Source of the DNA: a virus
Lineage: Duplodnaviria; Caudoviricetes
Length of the DNA: 39,781 nt
IMG/VR virus record: IMGVR_UViG_3300048889_000027
Coordinates: 1 to 39,781 of that record
Direction: 5' to 3' (one strand)
This document shows, in pieces, positions 24,151 through 31,853 of the stretch (position 1 is the stretch's first letter; each line of letters opens with the position of its first letter). The position numbers were made by a program, and so were the translations under genes. A model generated the notes under the pieces. That model saw only the letters and a list, made by a program, of their open reading frames with translations. It did no database searches and was not told where the DNA came from.

Positions 24151-24516
24151 ATGGGACGACCCGCACGAACCGACGCTGACAAGGCCCTGATGCGCGAAAT
24201 GGGCGAGCGCCTCCGCTGGGTGCGGGAGGCCTATGGCAGGAACCAGGCTGAGATGGCTGACATCGTCGGCGTCAGCCAGGCGGCCTGGCACTACTATGAG
24301 GTTGGCAAGCGGTGGCCCGATCAGTTCGAGGCCATCCGAATGATTGCCAAACTGAAAATTAGTCGGGCGTATCTTCTCGAGGGCGACCTACGAGATGTAG
24401 ACAAGGCTTTGGCCATTTATCTGGCAGCACATCATCCAGAGCTTGTAATCCCCAACGACACGGCGTCGGGCACGAACACGGATCGACACAGGGACACGCT
24501 CCGAGTTCGGGCCTAA
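24151..24516 (+). CDS. XRE-family (CI-like) repressor without a recognisable peptidase domain
   Basis: GERLRWVRE..G.NQAEMADIVGVSQAAWHYYEVGKRWP. Confidence 0.85.
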   Translation: MGRPARTDADKALMREMGERLRWVREAYGRNQAEMADIVGVSQAAWHYYEVGKRWPDQFEAIRMIAKLKISRAYLLEGDLRDVDKALAIYLAAHHPELVIPNDTASGTNTDRHRDTLRVRA

Positions 24517-24573
24517 AGCTGCCACCCATGTCGGGCGATCCGACACCCCTCACGCTGACTCTATTTGCCCATC

Positions 24574-24615
24574 TGACATTTTGTCGTTGACGTAATCCAC
24601 TTTCTGTTATACTCT
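24574..24615 (+). promoter_or_regulatory. PL-like early promoter with operator
   Basis: TGACATTTTGTCG operator-like site, then TTGACG and TG-T-TATACT. Confidence 0.55.
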
Positions 24616-24631
24616 CTCCCTCAGTAATTGA

Positions 24632-24991
24632 ATGCTGAGGCGCAATCCAGTGATTGTCACTGACCCGCATCGTCTACTCCCCGACCTTACGAACGGCGTT
24701 CCGGTATCCTTTGCTCTGACAAACGCTCTGGCAACGCGCCCTCCGCTCACGGGCGTTATGCAAATCCCTCCAGCCTGGGATGATCCGAGTGCGTCGTCAT
24801 TTGATACGGACGGCACGGGGCGGCGCTCTGACAGACTACGATCACGCCACATTCATGCAAGTGGAATCCCGGCATCACGCAGCCACGCGATTTCCACCGT
24901 GTCCATTGACATGGCGCTTGCCGCAGAGGGTGAGACGCTCGTCGCGGATTTAGTCAGGCGCGCCGCGCTGGCGCCGTTAATCGTTCGTTAA
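24632..24991 (+). CDS. Hypothetical protein (start uncertain)
   Basis: ORF only, downstream of the promoter. Confidence 0.3.
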   Translation: MLRRNPVIVTDPHRLLPDLTNGVPVSFALTNALATRPPLTGVMQIPPAWDDPSASSFDTDGTGRRSDRLRSRHIHASGIPASRSHAISTVSIDMALAAEGETLVADLVRRAALAPLIVR

Positions 24992-25023
24992 ATTCCCAGC
25001 AACACACACCGGAACAACACACC

Positions 25024-25233
25024 ATGCTAAGCGACACGCTACGCAATCGCGCCGACCGGCTGGCCGGCAACGCGCTCCGCAACGAGCCGTTCAGCCCGCA
25101 AGAATGCAGCATACTCGCTCACGAGTTGCTCGCCTTCGCCGACATCGCCGCGCAGATGGAAAACACCTGGTTCTCGCCGGAGATGATGGAGGAGCTCGCA
25201 TCGAGCTTCGGCAACGCACGGGACGCAGCGTGA
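25024..25233 (+). CDS. Hypothetical protein
   Basis: Coupled to the next gene by TGATG. Confidence 0.6.
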   Translation: MLSDTLRNRADRLAGNALRNEPFSPQECSILAHELLAFADIAAQMENTWFSPEMMEELASSFGNARDAA

Positions 25234-25706
25234 TGAGCAACACGATATCGCCTCGCCGGCTCGAAGCCGCCATGTCAGCCGCGCAGCAGGTGAAGCAACT
25301 GCTCGCCGGCTACAGCGACGAGGATCTGTTGGCGAGTTTGGAAAGCGAGACCGACGCTCTGGAGTTACTTGACCGCTTTGTTGAGCACGCCCTTGCCGAC
25401 AAGGAACTGGCGGCGAAGGCCAGCGAGCGTGCGGCACGACTGAAAGAACGCGCCGAGCGGAGCCGCGATATCATCCAACGCATGATGGCCGCGCTTGAGT
25501 TGACTAAATTGGAGCGCAGCCTGGCCACGCTGTCGATCAGCCAGCACCGCGAGTTGCAGGTGATTGATGAGGCGGAACTGCCAGACGAGTTCATCCACCA
25601 CGCGCCTGATAAAGTGGCAATCGCCAAAGCCCTGCGCGCCGGCCAGGACATTCCAGGCGCGACATTGGGCAACGCGCAACCCCGCCTGACATTGCGAACG
25701 GCTTAA
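25233..25706 (+). CDS. Siphovirus Gp157-like protein
   Basis: LESETD..E, ATLSI, IDEAELPDEF...PDKVAIAKALRAGQDIPGATL. Confidence 0.8.
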   Translation: MSNTISPRRLEAAMSAAQQVKQLLAGYSDEDLLASLESETDALELLDRFVEHALADKELAAKASERAARLKERAERSRDIIQRMMAALELTKLERSLATLSISQHRELQVIDEAELPDEFIHHAPDKVAIAKALRAGQDIPGATLGNAQPRLTLRTA

Positions 25707-25718
25707 AGGATCACGACC

Positions 25719-26600
25719 ATGAACGCCATAGTGCCAACCGCTGCACCGCTCTCCTACGGCGACCTGGAGCGGTTGGCCGACAGCATCGCCAAGTCGGGGC
25801 TGTTCGGCATCAAGACGAAGGATCAGGCTGTCGCGCTCATGATGATCGCGCACGCCGAGGGCCGTCACCCGGCACTGGCAGCGCGCGACTATGACATCGT
25901 GAACGGCAGGCCGACAAAGAAGGCCGAGGCGATGATGCGCGATTTCATCCAGGCCGGCGGCAAGGTCGAGTGGCATAAGCTCACCGACGAGATGGCGGAC
26001 GCCACGTTCACGCACCCGCAGACCGGATCAGTCCGCATCGACTGGGACATGAAGCGTGCCCAGACGGCGTTCGGCAAAAAGGATATGTATTCCAAATTCC
26101 CGCGGCAGATGCTGCGCTCGCGCGTTGTGTCGGAGGGCATCCGCACGCTCTGGCCGCTGGCGACGAGCGGGATGGACGTGGAGGAGGAGATCGGCAACCT
26201 GCCGCCGCCACACAACGGCCCCACAATCGAGGCCGAAGCCCCCTCCCCTCCCCCGGCCTCGCTACGCGCCGTCGCGGCGACCGTGACGCAAGAGCGCAAG
26301 GTGGCACCCACGCCAAAGACCACAGCGGAGCGGGCTTGGAACAGGTTGCGTCGGACCCACAGCATCCTCGATGCCCTGGAGGTCGCGCTGCGCGAGGCGC
26401 AGAGCGCGGAGGAGGTCGACTGGTTCGTATGCTGCGGTGAGGTCATGCAGGCGAAGGAGTCATATACAGGGGAGAAGAAGACCAAGCTGGAGACGCTCAT
26501 CAGCGCGGCGCTGGCCAAGTGGTGGCACACGCCGCCTGATGCCGCCGAGACCCCGGACGATCTGCACATCGAGGGGGAACACCTGCTAGCCGCAGGATAA
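25719..26600 (+). CDS. RecT/Red-beta-like ssDNA-annealing recombinase
   Basis: AKSGLFG, IVNGRP, YSKFPRQMLRSRVVSEGIR..WP; AAGGA RBS. Confidence 0.75.
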   Translation: MNAIVPTAAPLSYGDLERLADSIAKSGLFGIKTKDQAVALMMIAHAEGRHPALAARDYDIVNGRPTKKAEAMMRDFIQAGGKVEWHKLTDEMADATFTHPQTGSVRIDWDMKRAQTAFGKKDMYSKFPRQMLRSRVVSEGIRTLWPLATSGMDVEEEIGNLPPPHNGPTIEAEAPSPPPASLRAVAATVTQERKVAPTPKTTAERAWNRLRRTHSILDALEVALREAQSAEEVDWFVCCGEVMQAKESYTGEKKTKLETLISAALAKWWHTPPDAAETPDDLHIEGEHLLAAG

Positions 26601-26625
26601 AAACACCGCACCGCATAATATTATA

Positions 26626-26657
26626 TTGACACTTGTAGGAGTGTAGGGCTATAGGGG
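26626..26657 (+). promoter_or_regulatory. Putative sigma70 promoter of the accessory cluster
   Basis: TTGACA-17-CTATAG with AT-rich upstream sequence; TGTAGG/TGTAGG/TATAGG direct repeats. Confidence 0.5.
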
Positions 26658-26681
26658 GTGCATCAACACGGAGATTGAGTT

Positions 26682-26864
26682 ATGACCCTTACCCCGAAAC
26701 ACGAAAAGCTGCTCCTGAGCGCCGCAACAAGCCGTGGCGTTTCCACCGGTCTCTACATGAACGAGGCACGGGAACTGATCGCCGCCGGACTGCTGGAGCA
26801 GCGGATTGTCCGCACGGCGGTTGGCGCCATGAAGCTGCAACTCTTTCGGACGGAGGCGGCATGA
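26682..26864 (+). CDS. Hypothetical protein
   Basis: GGAG RBS; ATGA coupling to the next gene. Confidence 0.55.
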   Translation: MTLTPKHEKLLLSAATSRGVSTGLYMNEARELIAAGLLEQRIVRTAVGAMKLQLFRTEAA

Positions 26865-27028
26865 GCGAGGACGTTCGGATGACGATCCTGCTGCCGCCCC
26901 GACTGGCGCAGCAGGTCTCCGATTACTGGCACGCCAACCAGTTGCCGTCGCGCTCCGAGGCCATCCGCGAGCTGCTGGAGGCCGCGCTAGCCGCCCAGAA
27001 GCCGGCAAAGATCAGGAAGTCAGCATGA
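26861..27028 (+). CDS. Ribbon-helix-helix regulator
   Basis: VRMTILLPPRLAQQVSDYW......SRSEAIRELLEAAL; GGAGG RBS. Confidence 0.75.
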   Translation: MSEDVRMTILLPPRLAQQVSDYWHANQLPSRSEAIRELLEAALAAQKPAKIRKSA

Positions 27029-27270
27029 GCGACGAGCCGGAGAACCTAACATTGCGCCACCTCCGCGCGCTCGACGCCAAGCTGGACCAGCTTTCCAAGG
27101 ACATACGCCACGGCTTTGAGACACTGACCGGCCACCTCGTCGGCCTGACCGGTAGGATCGCTGGCCTGGAAATCCGTGCCACCGCGATGGAGGCATGGTC
27201 CGCCGACACGACGCAGCGCCTGGAGCGCATCGAGCGCCGGCTGAACCTGATCGACGAGCCTACCGCCTAG
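27025..27270 (+). CDS. Small coiled-coil protein
   Basis: PENLTLRHLRALDAKLD...RLERIERRLNLID. Confidence 0.7.
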   Translation: MSDEPENLTLRHLRALDAKLDQLSKDIRHGFETLTGHLVGLTGRIAGLEIRATAMEAWSADTTQRLERIERRLNLIDEPTA

Positions 27271-27375
27271 CGAAACCGGCAGGCTGCTACGGCAACCAGA
27301 CGAGCTGCCAGCGCACCTGCTTCTGACACAGAAAGGGGCGCCGGCCTGACCGCTGGCGCCCCGCTGGAGGGTATT

Positions 27376-27594
27376 ATGAGTGATACGATGGATATTCCGC
27401 TCGATGTTCGCACCAACCGTGCCGAGCAGGAAGCCCGCAAGTTCATTGCGGAACAGCATAAGCTGATGAGAGAGGCTGAGAAGCTACGCGCCGAGGAGCA
27501 AAAATTGTGGCGTGATTGGCGGATGATGCCCTGGGTATTCGGCCTCAGCCTGATAGCCGCGCTGATCGGCGGCCTGATCGCGCTGCACCTGTGA
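27376..27594 (+). CDS. Coiled-coil protein with a C-terminal TM anchor
   Basis: KFIAEQHKLMREAEKL...PWVFGLSLIAALIGGLIALHL. Confidence 0.7.
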   Translation: MSDTMDIPLDVRTNRAEQEARKFIAEQHKLMREAEKLRAEEQKLWRDWRMMPWVFGLSLIAALIGGLIALHL

Positions 27595-27610
27595 GCGAGG
27601 ACCTGAAGTG

Positions 27611-27691
27611 ATGGCTACGTATCTGATTGGGTTTGAGATAGTCTTCTTTATCCTTGTGATTCTAAATGCATTCGACAGCCGCCCTCCGTAA
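27611..27691 (+). CDS. Possible 26-aa membrane peptide MATYLIGFEIVFFILVILNAFDSRPP
   Basis: GAGGA upstream; hydrophobic core; AT-rich. Confidence 0.35.
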   Translation: MATYLIGFEIVFFILVILNAFDSRPP

Positions 27692-27751
27692 TCACGGTGA
27701 GGGAGACAACACTTGGCCGGCCTGACCGCTGGCGCCCCGCTGGAGAGTATT

Positions 27752-28012
27752 ATGGCACTGCAATTAGGCGCCCTGCGCGACGCATTGATCGACGCGGGTG
27801 CGAAGGCTGACAAGGCTGACAAAGCTGCTGAGGAAGTCGCTGGCTATGAGAACCGGCTGACGAAGCTGACCACAATGGTCCAGATCATGATCGCGATCGG
27901 TCTGCTGATGCTGGCCAGCCAAGCCGCGTTATGGGCTGAGTTCGGCAAGCTCAACGGGCAAGTGGCTCGTATTGAGGGTAAGCTCGATCAGATCGCGGCA
28001 CAGATGAAATGA
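27752..28012 (+). CDS. Small coiled-coil/TM protein
   Basis: LRDALIDAGA..DKADKAAEEVAGYENRL, TM segment, then heptads. Confidence 0.7.
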   Translation: MALQLGALRDALIDAGAKADKADKAAEEVAGYENRLTKLTTMVQIMIAIGLLMLASQAALWAEFGKLNGQVARIEGKLDQIAAQMK

Positions 28013-28019
28013 GAGTGAA

Positions 28020-28109
28020 ATGCTGCATTTCCTGATTGCCGTCGCGCTATGCATCTTCATCGGCGAGCGGCTCGTCCACTACTGGAGCGTCGGTAGGCTA
28101 TGCCGCTGA
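28020..28109 (+). CDS. Possible 29-aa membrane peptide MLHFLIAVALCIFIGERLVHYWSVGRLCR
   Basis: Short hydrophobic ORF in an operon context. Confidence 0.35.
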   Translation: MLHFLIAVALCIFIGERLVHYWSVGRLCR

Positions 28110-28136
28110 CAGAGGACGAGGAACGGGCCGAATACC

Positions 28137-28769
28137 ATGCGTGATCTGACCGGGCACTCTTTTGGGCGACTGAGAGTTGAATCCTTCGTCCGATCCAGTA
28201 GGGCTGGAAGGGTATACAGTTATGTCTGGCTGTGCCGGTGCGTCTGTGGTGTGACGCTAGAAGCCGAAGTCAGCAACCTAAAAACTGGCAATACACGGAG
28301 TTGCGGGTGCTTAAAGGCTGAGACAGCCGTAGCCAGAGCCTCCCACGGACATGCAAGGAAGGGCGGCGCGTCTCCCACTTACCGTAGCTGGTCACATATG
28401 AAGACCAGATGCCTGGATGCACGCAGCGACCAATACCCCTATTATGGCGGACGAGGAATTACGCTATGCAAGCGATGGCATAATTTCGATAACTTTCTAG
28501 CCGACATGGGAGAACGCCCAGAAGGCACTGAACTTGATAGAATTGACAATGAGAAGAACTACACGCCAGACAACTGCCGTTGGGCCGGCCGTGTCATGCA
28601 GGCACAAAACAGACGAAACACCGCTTGGGTTATGCTTGACAACGCAAGGCTTTGTTTTGCCGAGGCTGCCGCCGCGTTAGGTGTTTCTGACAAGACCATG
28701 CAAAGCTGGAGACGTAGCAATAACGTCTCCCATCAAGAGGCGATTGATCATTATGCCAGCCGCCGTTAG
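28137..28769 (+). CDS. HNH homing endonuclease (same family as 2240 and 38193)
   Basis: DLTGHSFGRLRV...WLCRCVCG...TRSCGC...YRSWSHMKTRC...YGGRGI...FLADMGERP...LDRIDNEKNYTPDNCRWA. Confidence 0.9.
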   Translation: MRDLTGHSFGRLRVESFVRSSRAGRVYSYVWLCRCVCGVTLEAEVSNLKTGNTRSCGCLKAETAVARASHGHARKGGASPTYRSWSHMKTRCLDARSDQYPYYGGRGITLCKRWHNFDNFLADMGERPEGTELDRIDNEKNYTPDNCRWAGRVMQAQNRRNTAWVMLDNARLCFAEAAAALGVSDKTMQSWRRSNNVSHQEAIDHYASRR

Positions 28770-28773
28770 CACT

Positions 28774-28941
28774 ATGAGTTTGCTGGAAAAACCTAGAAAC
28801 CTGGCGATTATGGCCGCGCTCTGGTGTCTGATCGTCGGCATCTTCAGTTTCTGGATTGGGTATTCGATCGGCAGCCAGCCGCAGCAGATCATCGTCCACC
28901 TGGACGCGCCGCTCGTCGTGCAGCCGACGGTGAAGCCGTGA
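28774..28941 (+). CDS. Small membrane protein (possibly the 3' remnant of a gene split by the HNH)
   Basis: EKPRNLAIMAALWCLIVGIFSFWIG...QQIIVHLDAP. Confidence 0.5.
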   Translation: MSLLEKPRNLAIMAALWCLIVGIFSFWIGYSIGSQPQQIIVHLDAPLVVQPTVKP

Positions 28942-28972
28942 TAGCGCATAATCAACGGATTCTGGCAACGCC

Positions 28973-29233
28973 ATGCTGACATTCATCCTGATTATTATCA
29001 GCGCCATCCTGTTTTTGGCGTGGCTCGTTTCGTGGCTTCAGGGCAGCGTGTGGGCGCGGCTGCTCGCGTTCGTCCTGTTCATACCGGTCGTCGGGTTCGT
29101 GGCCGCCGCTTCAGTGCTGCCGCCAGGCAGCGCCATCCTGATGGAGCCAAATGGCTGGCTCGCTTTTCTTATCGGGATACCGGTCGCATGGCTGGTCGCC
29201 GGCCTTCCGACTTATCTCCGATCATCTGGCTGA
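28973..29233 (+). CDS. Multi-TM membrane protein
   Basis: Three hydrophobic segments; last gene of the plus-strand arm. Confidence 0.65.
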   Translation: MLTFILIIISAILFLAWLVSWLQGSVWARLLAFVLFIPVVGFVAAASVLPPGSAILMEPNGWLAFLIGIPVAWLVAGLPTYLRSSG

Positions 29234-30879
29234 CGTTCCAAGGCATTGCGGGTCGCCACTGCCGCCGGGACGATACGGCTGCCGGTTCTCGGGGTGATGG
29301 CGCCGAATGGCGTCAGCGGGTTGGCGCCTAGGACTGTCTGCGCCACACGGCCTCCAGTCACCGCGCCAAACATCTTCGCCAGGCCCTTCACGTCGCCCCA
29401 TAGGGTATCGCGCACGAGCTGACGGGGTTCTGTTCCACTCTGCGGCGGCGCCTTGAGGAACTGCTGCGCCACATCTCCCAGGTCGCCAAGATCGCCTGCC
29501 CCCCGGAACGCGTTATTTTTGAACGAGCGATTTGCCGCGCCTTGCAGCAACAACGGGCTGATCTGCCCCGGAATGCCCTTATTCACCAGCGGCGCGATCG
29601 TCATCATGTTTTTGTATTGTAGTCGAGCCTGAGCATAGCGAGCCGCATTTTCGGGAGTGGCGGCGGCTTGCATGGCATCCTGCAAGACTTCCTTGATCCG
29701 ACCGGCATAGTCTCGAACTACGCTATTGTCCGCTCGAGTAGCAACATCCAGGGGCGTCCCGTGAGCGACGAGATCGCCATAAATCTTGCCTGGCAGCTTG
29801 CCACCATTCTTTTCAAAAGAGTCTAGAATGTCTTGAAGATGAGCCTTGATGTCGTTGAAAGCGCTGGGCGTTTTAGACGCGTCTATGGCGATATCGCGCA
29901 GCCTGCCCATTATCTCCGGTGTTTGCGGGATCGTGGTTGCCTGCTCAACCTCGTTCATAACGCCGCCATTTAGTTTCTGGGCAAACGCCATGACCCTGGG
30001 TGTTACTTGCCCGGCTGGCAGACCATTGGCTGTCGCGATCTCTGGTGTCACACCCATCGAGCGTGCGGCATCAGTGGTCACTGCCACCCGCTGCGCGACA
30101 TTCGAGGATTCCGGCGCCGTGATGTTGTCCAGATAATTGATGAGTTTGTTCTGCGACACTTGGCCGGCCCGCAACGGGATGCCGTGCTCGGTGACGGCTT
30201 GCACCACAGCGGGGTTTTTGCTGGCCAGCAGCACATTGCCGACATCCTTTGCGGCTGGCAGGGCAGCCCCGAGAGCGCCACCCAGCACCGCACCTTCGCC
30301 AATATCGGAACCCGTCTGTGCCGATGTTGTTGCACCGCCAGCCGCGCCGCCGGCTGCGCCAGGTAGATACCGCAATGCCGTGCCGACAAGCGGGGCTGCT
30401 CCTTCGCCTCCCGTCGTCAAGAGACGAGCGCCAATCCGCGCCGCGCTACCAGCAACCCCGCCCACCCCGATCGCCGCCGGCAGAGTGGTCAGAATGTTTC
30501 CTGCTACTCTGGCAGCGCCTGGCACAATTCCCTGGTTGGCCGGGTCCACGTCATAGGCTTGGTTGAAGGCTACATCGCCAGCCTTTGTCTGTTCCTGCTG
30601 ATTTGTGGTGTATCCGAACTTGCTCGCAATCCAGTCGGCCGCGCCAGCGAGGGCTTCCGCCGGCACATCCAGTCCTTCGTGAACGCCACGCAACAGCGAG
30701 CTTCCGACTGTCGATAGCAGCGAGGGCGCCGCCTTCTCCCGATCGGTCGTCGTTTGCCCGCTGCCGAGCGTCGACCAGAACGCATCATCGCCCTGGCCTG
30801 ATGGTGCAGCAGATCCCGTCCTAGCCGGCGCAGTTGTCGTCGGCTGCGCGCCGAGCGTGCTCCAGAAATCGTCTGCCAT
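29212..30879 (-). CDS. Putative DNA ejection (internal virion) protein
   Basis: Last gene of the ejection cluster; Ala/Gly-rich with GAAGGA tracts; duplicated DDxFWSTLG motif. Confidence 0.6.
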   Translation of the reverse strand: MADDFWSTLGAQPTTTAPARTGSAAPSGQGDDAFWSTLGSGQTTTDREKAAPSLLSTVGSSLLRGVHEGLDVPAEALAGAADWIASKFGYTTNQQEQTKAGDVAFNQAYDVDPANQGIVPGAARVAGNILTTLPAAIGVGGVAGSAARIGARLLTTGGEGAAPLVGTALRYLPGAAGGAAGGATTSAQTGSDIGEGAVLGGALGAALPAAKDVGNVLLASKNPAVVQAVTEHGIPLRAGQVSQNKLINYLDNITAPESSNVAQRVAVTTDAARSMGVTPEIATANGLPAGQVTPRVMAFAQKLNGGVMNEVEQATTIPQTPEIMGRLRDIAIDASKTPSAFNDIKAHLQDILDSFEKNGGKLPGKIYGDLVAHGTPLDVATRADNSVVRDYAGRIKEVLQDAMQAAATPENAARYAQARLQYKNMMTIAPLVNKGIPGQISPLLLQGAANRSFKNNAFRGAGDLGDLGDVAQQFLKAPPQSGTEPRQLVRDTLWGDVKGLAKMFGAVTGGRVAQTVLGANPLTPFGAITPRTGSRIVPAAVATRNALERQPDDRR

Positions 30880-31847
30880 CAGCGTGATGCCTGCAGTGTG
30901 GGTGTGGATCGCGGCGCAGCACGGCGCACGACAATGCTCTGCGCCGGCTCCCAGCTATACGAGACCTTGCCGTTTAGGTTGCCGGACTGCATCAGATAGA
31001 ATGTCCCGCTGGGACCCTCGGCCACGTGGCCCGTCGCGATGCCGACATGCCCGCCGAGCCCTCCGGCAGGATGCCCGCGCGGCTGGACCAGGACATCGCC
31101 CGGCTGGGGATCATCCGCGACCGGAGCGCCCCATTTCAGAAAGCCGGTGGCGACGTTCTTCGTCGGCCCGCTGGTGCCCTCGACGCCGTTGGCCTCCAGC
31201 GTGGCGTTAACGAACGCTGCACACCAGTTGGCCCGTGTCGGATCGAGGCTCTGGCCGTTCGCGGCCAGGAACGGCTTGATGCTCGTGGCGTTGTTGCCGA
31301 CAAGGCTACTGGCCGTTGATGCGACGGCGCTGCCGTCAGCTGGAGGCGCATCCTGCGTGGCCTGGGAAGGGGCTGGAGCGGGTTGGGCGGCTGGCGGCCG
31401 TGTTGTGTCCTGCCCGTCCGCAGGCGCCGCTGGGGCGCCTTGTGTGGCGGCGGGCTTGAGCGTCATCCCGTCATAGGTCTTGGCCGCCTTATCCAGATAC
31501 GCCCGGCTCCACCGCTTCGGATCGGCGCTGCCGGTGCTGTAGTAGCCGAGCGCTCCCTCGGCCGATTTGGTCGCGTTCACGCCGTCCGCGAGATACTGCA
31601 TCGAGAGCGGCACGGCCCAGCGCATATCGTGCAGGTCGATGGCATTCGGATCGAGGCCGAGCTTCACTGCCATCGCTTTGGCGGTAGCTGGCTTCATCTG
31701 CATCGGCCCGACCGCGCCTGCGTTGTCCTTCACGTTGGGATCGCCGGCGCTTTCCTGGTGGAACACCGTTTTTGCCAGTTGCGGGTCGACGTTGAGCGCC
31801 TGCCCCCAGCCGTCGAACAGGTCGTCATACTGATCGTTCGTCGGCAT
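30879..31847 (-). CDS. Dual-domain peptidoglycan hydrolase: SLT-like transglycosylase plus CHAP/TIGR02594-like peptidase
   Basis: HQESAG...GAVGPMQMKPATA; WCAAFVN...PGDVLV...GHVGI...SGN. Confidence 0.8.
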   Translation of the reverse strand: MPTNDQYDDLFDGWGQALNVDPQLAKTVFHQESAGDPNVKDNAGAVGPMQMKPATAKAMAVKLGLDPNAIDLHDMRWAVPLSMQYLADGVNATKSAEGALGYYSTGSADPKRWSRAYLDKAAKTYDGMTLKPAATQGAPAAPADGQDTTRPPAAQPAPAPSQATQDAPPADGSAVASTASSLVGNNATSIKPFLAANGQSLDPTRANWCAAFVNATLEANGVEGTSGPTKNVATGFLKWGAPVADDPQPGDVLVQPRGHPAGGLGGHVGIATGHVAEGPSGTFYLMQSGNLNGKVSYSWEPAQSIVVRRAAPRSTPTLQASR

Positions 31848-31853
31848 CCGCAA

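Larger units (their letters stand above)
27340..27754 (+). repeat. 39-nt direct repeat (27340-27378 and 27716-27754), each ending in RBS+ATG
   Basis: GCCGGCCTGACCGCTGGCGCCCCGCTGGAG(G/A)GTATTATG, one mismatch. Confidence 0.9.

Noticed and set aside
27284-27310. Third copy of the CTGCTAC-hairpin motif
   Set aside because: Only a 7-8 nt match, in the opposite orientation relative to local transcription; expected by chance
28100-28144. Similarity of MPLTEDEERA to the 36498 HNH start MPLTPEEKRA
   Set aside because: Too short and compositionally simple to support homology
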